A DNA stretch of 63,977 nt, counting the filler, from a bacterium (GTDB lineage Bacteria; UBA9089; CG2-30-40-21; SBAY01): assembly GCA_040757115.1 (NCBI GenBank). It is 18 parts of 18 records of this genome, joined end to end, with 100 filler letters (N's around TTAATTAATTAA, not from the genome) between each part and the next. Parts side by side here need not be neighbours in the genome. Positions count along the whole stretch, not along the records: positions 1 to 24,480 come from JBFLYA010000038.1; 17 more parts are not named here. One strand, written 5' to 3'. The number at the start of each line of letters is the position of its first letter. The stretch's first letter is position 1. Below are positions 1 through 8,311 of the stretch, piece by piece. Position numbers and translations under genes: made by a program. The notes below the pieces were generated by a model that searched no databases, had not been told where the DNA came from, and saw nothing but the letters and a program-made list of their open reading frames with translations.

Positions 1-28
1 CGCGTATTGATTTCTCGCTCATTTGTAC

Positions 29-160
29 TCCTAACGATAAAGTTCAGGTGCGGCGGGGAGAATTACCACAAAAGTTTGATAGCAAGATAAAACTTTGAGA
101 GACCACAAAACTCTGACCACGGCACAGCCCCCCGCCGTCAACTGCAACACAGGGTTAGAC
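29..160 (-). repeat. attC-like recombination site (copy 1 of 3, 132 bp)
   Basis: Minus strand reads R'' GTCTAAC, L'' GTTGCAG ... L' CTGAAC, R' GTTAGGA with GGCGGGG/CCCCGCC inner stem; near-identical to 6496-6627 and similar to 8607-8738. Confidence 0.75.
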
Positions 161-287
161 AAAAGCTTTGACTCGCTGTCTTTTCCTTTTCCTCTGCCTC
201 ACCGAATTATTGTGCATTCCACATTCACGGCCAGAATAGTTCCTTTGAGGAAAATTACTTGGAAAGGACCTCTTGGCTCTCGTTTTA

Positions 288-316
288 ATTTTATCAATAA
301 TTAGCTATTATGTCAA
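288..316 (-). promoter_or_regulatory. sigma70 promoter pointing into attC copy 1
   Basis: TTGACA-17 bp-TAAAAT with extended -10 TG on the minus strand. Confidence 0.6.
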
Positions 317-416
317 GACTTTTATCCGAACATATGAATGAGTAACTAACCCCTTGAAATTGCTATATGTTTGGGGAAAGGGGAAGTCGTATCCAATTTT
401 ACTCTAAAGAAAAAAT

Positions 417-1712
417 TTAAAAAAGTGCTTGACTTTTATATGGTAGTCTGACCCTAACTCTCCTTTTCCCGTTTTTAAGGTGCGATCCCTCAACTCCATC
501 TTGCCCCTTTAGTCGCGGGATATCCTCCTGCTCTATGCTCTGTACCATCTCCTCAACGGTCGAAGATATAGCTCTCACGATGTGACTGAAAAGATCTTGT
601 CTGAAAGTACACCAGGGATTTCTTCCGTTGGAGTGACTCTGTGCAAACCAATTTTCAAACCGGCAACCGCCACCGCAAAGAAAGAACCATCTGCACGAGG
701 TGCATTTTGAGGATGGAAGAGAGAGATTTTTCCTGGTCGCCACAACCTTCGGTTGCATCAGTATTGTGTCGATCCCTTGTGACTTCACTTTACCCAGAGC
801 GAAATCAGGCACACCCAAGAAGCGAGCACAAGGATAGACAGTGCCATCGCGGTCAATACCTGTAATGATTCCGCAACCATGTTGAGCAAATGTACAGTCC
901 GAAGGACTACCCCCTAATAATCTCTCGATGATACCAACGAAAGTCCTCACAGGGATCCGTCCATCAAACTCGCCGTACCAAAGGTCAAATGCTCTTTTGA
1001 AGAAGTGCAGAAGTTGCCTGGAAGATGGAATGAAAGTGGAGGAGCCAAGTCGGTCACTACATATGCTAAAGTCAAACCCATACGGCGCCGCTTCGGTCAG
1101 AAAAGAGTAAACGGTCTCAGGATAATCAGCATTAATTTGAGATACAACACAGATAACTCCATATGGCAATCCAACATCTTGGCACAAGCGAAGCTTGTCC
1201 ATCACCACATCAAATGTCCCACGCCCGTTTGGGAATCTGCGGAGACGGTCATGAAATTCCCTTGGCCCGTCAAGGCTTGTGCTTAGTTGGAAGTCATAAT
1301 GCTTGAGCCATTTCGCCATTTTCTTGCTCAATAGCGTCAGATTTGTCTGGATGTGGTTGATTACTTTGGTCCCCTCCGTCGACGCAAAACGCTCTTGGAA
1401 CTTCGCCACTCTTGAGAAGAAATCCTGTCCAGCGAGCAAAGGTTCTCCGCCGTGCCATGTATACTGAACGACTCTGGCTGAGTTCACTGTGGTAGCGATT
1501 ACATTCGTCAAGATTTCCTCACTCATCACGTCAAAAGCGCGTGTACGATGACGGATATCTGCATGATAACAATAAGAGCACGCGAGATTGCAACACGCAC
1601 CAACAGGAGCTATAGTGAAAATGGCCTTCTCCGGCCTTTCATCCATATGACTTCTGTCAATAGGTTGCGAGCCTATCACGTGATGCATCATATTATTGGC
1701 TCTTGATTTCAT
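417..1712 (-). CDS. Radical SAM/SPASM-domain protein (anSME-like fold; probable peptide maturase); start uncertain
   Basis: CNLACSYC cluster motif, WHGGEPLL, SLDGP, SPASM cysteines (C..GC..YPC..CTSCRWFFLCGGGC..WC); overlaps an upstream small ORF; no sulfatase nearby. Confidence 0.9.
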   Translation of the reverse strand: MKSRANNMMHHVIGSQPIDRSHMDERPEKAIFTIAPVGACCNLACSYCYHADIRHRTRAFDVMSEEILTNVIATTVNSARVVQYTWHGGEPLLAGQDFFSRVAKFQERFASTEGTKVINHIQTNLTLLSKKMAKWLKHYDFQLSTSLDGPREFHDRLRRFPNGRGTFDVVMDKLRLCQDVGLPYGVICVVSQINADYPETVYSFLTEAAPYGFDFSICSDRLGSSTFIPSSRQLLHFFKRAFDLWYGEFDGRIPVRTFVGIIERLLGGSPSDCTFAQHGCGIITGIDRDGTVYPCARFLGVPDFALGKVKSQGIDTILMQPKVVATRKNLSLPSSKCTSCRWFFLCGGGCRFENWFAQSHSNGRNPWCTFRQDLFSHIVRAISSTVEEMVQSIEQEDIPRLKGQDGVEGSHLKNGKRRVRVRLPYKSQALF

Positions 1713-1896
1713 TCAGTTTTCGGACAAGCACCTTCAAGTCGTCCACAAGAGATACATTACCTTGCTTCACTGGCGTTGATTGAAAAGCGATATCTGTGCA
1801 TTTGACGTCACAGTGGTACGAGATCCGAGATTCCCTTTGATCTTTTACACGGCTAAGGATGAACTCAACTGCTACTTGGCCAGTAACTTTGCTCAT
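1693..1896 (-). CDS. Candidate RiPP precursor peptide, 67 aa
   Basis: Strong AGGAGG RBS before ATG at 1896; immediately upstream of the rSAM/SPASM gene; central SYHCDVKCTD motif. Confidence 0.6.
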   Translation of the reverse strand: MSKVTGQVAVEFILSRVKDQRESRISYHCDVKCTDIAFQSTPVKQGNVSLVDDLKVLVRKLNEIKSQ

Positions 1897-2075
1897 GTTC
1901 ACCTCCTTTTCTGTTTTGAATGCTCGCGGATAAAATTGAGTATTGATTTTATTGGTGTTCACACACCTCGAACCTTCTCTTCACCCCAAGACCTCCCCAA
2001 AATTCACTCCTTTTCTATAACCAATCCTTATTCCTATCATTGCTCATGATTTTCTAATCGGATAGGTCGAAAAGT

Positions 2076-2635
2076 TTAAATCATTTCTCGTTTTCTCTGT
2101 TCGACTAATGCTCTTGCTTTTTCAGGGTTTGTGCTATTTGATGACTCAGAGACTACTACGCCCTTTGGGCTGATATATCTTATCCACCAAATACCATCAC
2201 GCTCAAACACACATTCAAATTTTATCTGCATAATTAGAGATACACCAGCTTCTTTAAGTTTATGCACTAAATTTACAATCAGCGATTTTTCAACCACATC
2301 AACTTCAAGTGATTCAATTAAATTTGCTGATATGTTTACAATATCGCTTTTGTCATCAGATTTAATTACTTCATGCATTTTTGATGTTAAAACAATACCA
2401 TACTCATCTTCTATTATCATTTCAATGGCATATATAAGCTTGTCTTCTTTAATTCGGATCCCTTTAGTTGCGGGCTTAAGTAGAAGACGGAACAGATTTT
2501 AGTGGGGTATATCAGATATAATATGTCCAGTACCTCCTTATACTTTCTTCCCCCAGAAACTTCTATATATAACCCAATCATTTTTTTAGCATCTAATCCA
2601 TCAATATTGTCAAATAGGCTTCTCATCTTTACCAA
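2076..2635 (-). pseudogene. Hypothetical protein (about 186 aa) split by a probable 1-nt frameshift near 2497-2500
   Basis: ORFs 2417..2635 and 2076..2420; the downstream frame is open back to 2498, and adding one A in ACTAAAATC fuses them (..YPTKNLFRLLLKPATKG..). Confidence 0.55.
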
Positions 2636-2641
2636 ACACTC

Positions 2642-4063
2642 CTAACTCTTTTGGTCTAGCAATTGTTTGATTTCTTCTATAAGTTTTTCACTGTTAACTG
2701 TTTTCTGTCCTATCTGAGCTTTTAGCCATTCCTCCCGTTTTTCAATCTTTTCTGTTTCTTTTTTAAGCACTCTTAAGTCCTTGATTGTAACTTCGTTGTT
2801 TGAAAACTCCTCAGGACCAATAATAACAGCTATCGGAATTGAACATTTATCGGCATATTCAAGTTGTTTACCTATCTTTTGTTCTTTTCCAATATAAACC
2901 TCTGTATTTATGCCTTCTTCTCTGAGACGATGCCCAATTTTCATATATTCAACCATCTTTTCCTTTACCATAACCGTGATAAAAACGTTAGCCACAGAGG
3001 GTCTGCTTTCAGATGGAGCACATTTCTTCATCGCATCAAAAATACGGTCAACCCCTATAGACGCACCTGTGGCTGGAATTTCTTTACCGAGAAATTGTCC
3101 AATTAACTGGTCAAAACGCCCACCACCCATTACACTGCCAAACTCTCTTGCATCAAGAAGAATTGCTTCATAGACAGGTCCAGTATAATAGTCAAGCCCT
3201 CGTGCTATGCTCAAATCAATAGTAACTTTATCATCAGGAATTTCCAGAGCAGATAGATATTTATTAATTTCTTCTAACTCTCTTATTCCTTTATCTGCAG
3301 TAGAAACTCCTTTGAAAAACTCTGTCACTGAAGTTATAGCTTCATTTCGGGTATTCTGAGGAAGTAAAAGGAATTCTTCAATTTTCAATATCTGGTTCAC
3401 CTCAAGGTTAAGACCTTTTATCTCATCCCCTGAACTATCAATTCTCCCTGCCCCTAATTCTTGCTTTACTGCTTCGAGTCCTTGTTTTTCCAATTTATCA
3501 ATGACTTTAAATACAGAATGGCTCGGTTCTACAGGAATGTCTGCATATTTAATTAAACTATCTATAATCTTTCTATTGTTACATCTTATCCGAAAATCAG
3601 TTAATCCCAGAGCATTGAGGGAATCATACATAGCTAATATTATTTCTACATCAGCTATCATCTCACTCGTGCCAACAATATCAATATCAAATTGGATAAA
3701 TTCCCGAAATCGGCCAGGATCAGGTTTATCACATCTCCACACAGGTTGAACCTGATATCTTTTAAATGGCTTAGGAAGTTGTGGATATTGAGCAATAACT
3801 CGTGAAAGAGGAACTGTTAAATCAAATCTTAGACCGACCTCATTTCCATCTTTATCAGTAAAGGTATACATTTGCTTATTAATTTCTTCTCCTCCAAGAC
3901 CTAGTAAAGTTTCTTTGTATTCAAGAGCAGGAGTTGCAAGTGGAACAAAGCCATATAATTCATATACTTTTTTAATAGTGGAGAGTATTTGGTCCCGCAC
4001 ACGCATTTCTTCAGGCATATAATCACGAAAACCCCGTAACGTTTTAATAACTCTACTACTCAT
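2642..4063 (-). CDS. hisS: Histidine--tRNA ligase, Caulobacter/Rhizobiales-like subtype
   Basis: RGFRDY, LRFDLTVP, GRFREFIQFDID, ARGLDYYTG, GGGRFD, GASIGVDR; insert IDKLEKQGLEAVKQELGAGRIDSSGD; C-terminal IKDL..EEW..Q; GGAGG RBS. Confidence 0.95.
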   Translation of the reverse strand: MSSRVIKTLRGFRDYMPEEMRVRDQILSTIKKVYELYGFVPLATPALEYKETLLGLGGEEINKQMYTFTDKDGNEVGLRFDLTVPLSRVIAQYPQLPKPFKRYQVQPVWRCDKPDPGRFREFIQFDIDIVGTSEMIADVEIILAMYDSLNALGLTDFRIRCNNRKIIDSLIKYADIPVEPSHSVFKVIDKLEKQGLEAVKQELGAGRIDSSGDEIKGLNLEVNQILKIEEFLLLPQNTRNEAITSVTEFFKGVSTADKGIRELEEINKYLSALEIPDDKVTIDLSIARGLDYYTGPVYEAILLDAREFGSVMGGGRFDQLIGQFLGKEIPATGASIGVDRIFDAMKKCAPSESRPSVANVFITVMVKEKMVEYMKIGHRLREEGINTEVYIGKEQKIGKQLEYADKCSIPIAVIIGPEEFSNNEVTIKDLRVLKKETEKIEKREEWLKAQIGQKTVNSEKLIEEIKQLLDQKS

Positions 4064-4082
4064 TTTTTTACCTCCAAAAATT

Positions 4083-4159
4083 TGGTACCGGCGATGGGAT
4101 TCGAACCCATACCTTCTGATCCACAGTCAGACACTCTAACCAGTTGGAGCTACGCCGGC
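4083..4159 (-). tRNA. tRNA-His(GUG), 77 nt, encoded CCA, no G-1, G1:U72, A73
   Basis: Cloverleaf GCCGGCG-TA-GCTC..GAGT-G-TCTGA CTGTGGA TCAGA-AGGT-ATGGG TTCGAAT CCCAT-CGCCGGT-A-CCA; position -1 is T. Confidence 0.95.
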
Positions 4160-4214
4160 ATTTACTGCCAACTCACCATATTACATTCTATTTTGTATCA
4201 CTTTAAGTACTTTT

Positions 4215-5102
4215 TTAAGGTACGAACTTGTTCAGTGAATACTCAATAAAGTTAAAAGCCCAACCTCTTGTTTTTAGACTCGAAATTAAATTAGAAACAT
4301 CTTTACCATTAACAACGACATCAACTATATACCACCCTTTTTCTGTAATAAATGGTAAAATAACTTGTGGATATTCTTGGGGAAGTATCCTTCGAACTTT
4401 CTCTATATTTTCATTTTTAACAACCATTTTTAGTCCCACCATTTCCTCAGCACGAAGAGCGGCATTAAGAAAAAGAATTATATTATCTATTTTTTTCTTT
4501 TTCCATTCATTCCTCCATGAATCTTTGTTTACAATAACCTGTACATTTGATTCAAGAATTGTTTCAATTTCAATGAGATTATTAGCTCTTAATGATGCAC
4601 CTGTCTCTGTAACCTCCACAATGGCATCTGCAAGATAAGGTGGTTTTACTTCCGTTGCACCCCATGAGAAATCTACCGTTGCCTCAACGCCTTTAGTCTT
4701 AAGGTATCGTTTTGTGAACTCAACAAGTTCAGTAGCAATACGTTTGCCTTGGATGTCCTTTATTGACTTTATATCTGAACTCGATGGAACTGCAATAACC
4801 CATCTCACGGACTTGAAACCTTCCTTTGCATATTTCAAATCTGCAACTGTTTCTACATCTACATTTTGTTCAAGAACCCAGTCATAACCTGTAAGTCCAC
4901 AATCAAGATGGCCATCCTCAACGTATTTTGGCATCTCCTGTGCTCTAACAAGCATTGATTCTATCTCAGGATCATCAAAAGTAGGGTAATAGGAACGATT
5001 AGATATATTTATATGATAACCTGCCTTTTTGAATAGCCTTAATGTCGACTCCTGAAGACTTCCCTTAGGAAGACCAATCTTAAGTACATTGTTACTCTCC
5101 AT
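4215..5102 (-). CDS. hisG: ATP phosphoribosyltransferase, long form
   Basis: [50 protein letters not shown]-terminal ACT-like domain present but divergent. Confidence 0.93.
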   Translation of the reverse strand: MESNNVLKIGLPKGSLQESTLRLFKKAGYHINISNRSYYPTFDDPEIESMLVRAQEMPKYVEDGHLDCGLTGYDWVLEQNVDVETVADLKYAKEGFKSVRWVIAVPSSSDIKSIKDIQGKRIATELVEFTKRYLKTKGVEATVDFSWGATEVKPPYLADAIVEVTETGASLRANNLIEIETILESNVQVIVNKDSWRNEWKKKKIDNIILFLNAALRAEEMVGLKMVVKNENIEKVRRILPQEYPQVILPFITEKGWYIVDVVVNGKDVSNLISSLKTRGWAFNFIEYSLNKFVP

Positions 5103-5141
5103 ACATATTCACTCTCCACAAAGATAATTTTAATTTCAAAT

Positions 5142-5171
5142 ATAATAGCATATAGAATATCTAAAAGTCAA
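5142..5171 (-). promoter_or_regulatory. Putative sigma70 promoter for hisG-tRNA-hisS
   Basis: TTGACT-18 bp-TATTAT with TGn extended -10, about 40 bp upstream of hisG. Confidence 0.45.
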
Positions 5172-5204
5172 GAACTTTTTTCAGAAATTTCCCTACAACG
5201 ACAC

Positions 5205-6344
5205 TTAGCAACTTCTCATACAATATATTGTAGCCCATTCATATTTATAGTGCTGTATTCCTATAGCTTGAATAAGGTTATACAATTTAACCGCAACAGG
5301 CATGCCATGAAAATGTCCTACACTGATAATATTGATAAATTTATTATCTTCGGTATTTGGGAAAATTAAAGGATTATCCGTAACACTGTTTGTCTCAACT
5401 TCAAGAGCTCTACGGGTTTCCTCTATTAAATCATAACATGTACCCAATATTTGAGCGGCACATCGAATGTTATAAGGATCCTGAACCTCACCATCAATAT
5501 CAAAATCAGAATGAGCTTTGCGAATCGGAGAATCTTTCATCAGTTCCCAAACCCATTTGGAAACTTTCAATGCCCCTCGATGAGGTCTCAATTCATGAAA
5601 CTCAGGATTAAAACAGGTATCAGCCCCAAGCATAACCTGTGTAGAAATGGCTGTTATAACCGTTGCACTTTTCAGGATGTCTATCATCTTAAAATAAGCT
5701 AATATACCAAAGGCGGTGGAATATTGTACACCGTTATTTAATGCTAATCCTTCTTTCATTTCTAAAGAAATTGGAGTGAATACATTATTTGCTTTTTTTC
5801 GGTCTTTGTCTGATCCAACAAAAACATCGCCTTCGCCTATCATTGCCAGTGCAATATGAGACATGGGAGCAAGATCGCCACTGGCACCTACAGAACCGAA
5901 TTTAGGAACTACTGGAGTAATTTTTTTGTTCAGCATCTCAATAAGTTTTTTTATAACTTCGGGACGGACTCCGCTGTACCCTTGTGATAAGGATATGACA
6001 CGTAAAAACATCGCAGCTCTAACAACTTCTATAGGTGTAACATCTCCAACGCCACATGAATGGGAACGAATAAGATTATTCTGAAGTTCAGAATACCTTT
6101 GTTGAGGAACCGGAATATCAACATTATGCCCGAATCCGCGATTAAATCCATAGGCAGGTTTTGGATTCTTTATTATTTCATCTATTACATCTTTTCGTCT
6201 TTTTTCAATAATATCAAGTGCTTTGGAATCTATCTCAATTTCACTTCCATACGCTACTCGCCAAACATCATCTAATGAAACCTTTTCTAATATCCTCTTA
6301 TCTCTTACTTCTTCCGCTATAGCTTTAATATATACTTTATCCAT
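5205..6344 (-). CDS. hutH: MIO-dependent aromatic amino acid ammonia-lyase (histidine ammonia-lyase-like), C-terminally truncated
   Basis: GSVGASGDLAP (MIO), LIRSH, KEGLALNNG, RPHRG, VQDPY, NSVTDNP; 379 aa versus about 500 typical; GAGGAGG RBS. Confidence 0.7.
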   Translation of the reverse strand: MDKVYIKAIAEEVRDKRILEKVSLDDVWRVAYGSEIEIDSKALDIIEKRRKDVIDEIIKNPKPAYGFNRGFGHNVDIPVPQQRYSELQNNLIRSHSCGVGDVTPIEVVRAAMFLRVISLSQGYSGVRPEVIKKLIEMLNKKITPVVPKFGSVGASGDLAPMSHIALAMIGEGDVFVGSDKDRKKANNVFTPISLEMKEGLALNNGVQYSTAFGILAYFKMIDILKSATVITAISTQVMLGADTCFNPEFHELRPHRGALKVSKWVWELMKDSPIRKAHSDFDIDGEVQDPYNIRCAAQILGTCYDLIEETRRALEVETNSVTDNPLIFPNTEDNKFINIISVGHFHGMPVAVKLYNLIQAIGIQHYKYEWATIYCMRSC

Positions 6345-6362
6345 AATTATCCTCCTCTCGTA

Positions 6363-6455
6363 GTTGGGTAGGATTCTGGTGCGGTTTGGTTTTATGCCCT
6401 CGTTTCCAGAGTCCCCCTAAAATTCCGTGCATTAGGTTTTCTCCAACACGGCTTT
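6363..6455 (-). ncRNA. Group II intron 3' relic (domains V-VI only)
   Basis: AAGCCGTGTTGGAGAAAACCTAATGCACGGAATTTTAGGGGG (DV) followed by a CTGG..CCAG hairpin ending CCTACCCAAC. Confidence 0.65.
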
Positions 6456-6495
6456 AAGTAATAGGCATTTATCTATTCAATCAATGTCTTTCTCA

Positions 6496-6627
6496 TCCTA
6501 ACGATAGAGTTCAGGTGCGGCGGGGAGAATTACCACAAAAGTTTGATAGCAAGATAAAACTTTGAGAGACTACAAAACTCTGTCCACGGTACAGTCCCCC
6601 GCCGTCAACTGCAACGCAGGGTTAGAC
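6496..6627 (-). repeat. attC-like site (copy 2); identity with copy 1 extends about 70 bp further to about 6697
   Basis: GTCTAAC..GTTGCAG..CTGAAC..GTTAGGA on the minus strand, 132 bp. Confidence 0.75.
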
Positions 6628-6838
6628 AAAAGCTTTGATTCGCTGTCTTTTCCTTTTCCTCTGCCTTACCGAATTATTGTGCATTCCACATTTACGGTTT
6701 GGTATAATACTTTTATATTTCAAAGATATTAAAAAAGATTTATAAAAAGTCATCCAGACTACCTGATATATGATATAATAGAAAAGGGTTGTCTTTTTAG
6801 ACATTGCCCCAAACATTTATCTAAAGGAGGTAGTCCGG

Positions 6839-7996
6839 ATGAAAAAGATTCATAACAAACAAAAAAGGAAAAAAGTCAAAACCCACATTCAGAAACCTAA
6901 AGGCAGCAGGTTTACTGAAGAGGTCAAACAACTTGAACCTCAAAATGTGGGCGTTATTCCCATCGATGTCCATAAGGATAAACATCAGATTCTTATTTGT
7001 GATTACTACGGTAAAATCCTTAAGGACGAGTTCTCTATACCTAACACCTTAACCGGTGTTCAGGTTCTCTTAACTCATATCTGTGAGGTAATAGACAAAT
7101 TTAATCTCAAAAAGGTCTATGCGGTTATGGAATATACCGGCAAATATCATCAGAATTTGGCTAATAAATTACGACAACACAAAATCTCTGTTGTTTTTGT
7201 TCTCCCCAATAGCACTTACCATCTCCGTCAAGGACAGATGAATTGGGCTAAAACAGACTCTATTGATTTGTGTGCCATTGGCCAAGCATTTGTTAATGGT
7301 TGGGTATCCTCTTGCCCTCCTCTTGATGATTTCTATCAAAACTGGCAAACACTAACCCGAGCCAGACGCGATGAGGTTAATCTTCAAACTCAAGCCAAAA
7401 ACAGAATTACTGACCTCTTACACGACTTAATGCCAGGATGCCAAGAATTGTTTGCTAACTTCTGGGAACATAATGCTCCACCTGTCCTTCTATCCCTTGC
7501 TCATTCTCCAGAACAACTCCTTAACCTCAATCGCATCACCTTAATTCAACAACTCTCAAAAGCAAAAGTCCAAAAACCAGCAGAGCTCGTTGACAAACTC
7601 CATATCTGGGCTAAAAACTCTCTTGGTACATCCTCAAATCCCTCAGCCAAAATCCAGCAGCTCAAAATCCTTTGGCAACACTTCCTTAACTATCAGAACA
7701 ATATTCGTTCCTATAATATCTCCATTGCCCAATATCTGTCTCAAAATCCAGCTCTCCTCTTCCTCTCCATCCCCTGGGTAAATGTCCCCAGTGCCAGTGA
7801 ATATGCCTCTGAAATAGGACCATTTGACAACTTTACCTCTCCTAAACAAATTACCGCTTATCTTGGTCTGGCTCCTAAAAAGTTTCAGACAGGTAAGATT
7901 TCCTTTGAAAATGGCCCTATTACCAGAAAGGGTAAAAATCGTGGTCGAGCTGACCCCTACTCCCCTCCTACTCCTCACACAGATTTCAAGGTTTAA
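6839..7996 (+). mobile_element. IS110-family transposase, probably C-terminally truncated
   Basis: IDVHKD, MEYTGKY, KTDSID (DEDD RuvC domain); SIPWVN, AYLGLAP..QTG..ITRKG, then an abrupt end. Confidence 0.85.
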
Positions 7997-8002
7997 TTCC
8001 TA

Positions 8003-8311
8003 TTATGCTCCAGATTGAACACGGCGAGCAGATAACCAGCTATTAAGTGACTTTTGGCTCTCGCCACTGTGCCGTCCCGCTATCAATCCATCAATACCAA
8101 TATGTTCGTCAAGGTCAGGCCACTCAATTGCATATCCATCTCCCAATAATTGCCAGTTTTGCCGCTCACTTGGTGAAGCATAGAATAATCGTGGATACCA
8201 GGCAAGTGGGACAACAATACGCCGTCCATCTGTCAGGTCCACTACCAATTCCTCATCTGTTACTGTGACTCCTATCGCTATAGGTTCTACTTCAAGCACC
8301 AAAGTATTCAT
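8003..8311 (-). CDS. DUF2442 family protein (putative TA component)
   Basis: LTDGRRIVVPLAWYPRL, IEWPDLDEHI; GGAGG RBS; overlaps the DUF4160 gene. Confidence 0.85.
   Translation of the reverse strand: MNTLVLEVEPIAIGVTVTDEELVVDLTDGRRIVVPLAWYPRLFYASPSERQNWQLLGDGYAIEWPDLDEHIGIDGLIAGRHSGESQKSLNSWLSARRVQSGA

Noticed and set aside
95-304. Short ORFs over repeats (95..304, 6622..6816, 14770..14976, 19740..19928, 48656..48967, 63264..63473) and antisense shadow ORFs
   Set aside because: They are translations of attC/MITE sequence or lie opposite well-supported genes, with no RBS or recognisable motif
417-1712. Anaerobic sulfatase maturase or His-Xaa-Ser (Hxs) system
   Set aside because: No sulfatase nearby, and the peptide has no HxS repeats or HxsC/HxsD partners; only the fold similarity is retained
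2642-4063. HisZ (regulatory subunit) because it follows hisG
   Set aside because: It has intact HisRS catalytic motifs and the anticodon-binding domain, and the HisG is the long form
4083-4159. tRNA as an integration site of a prophage/ICE
   Set aside because: No duplicated tRNA 3' end and no integrase seen; the tRNA is embedded within the operon
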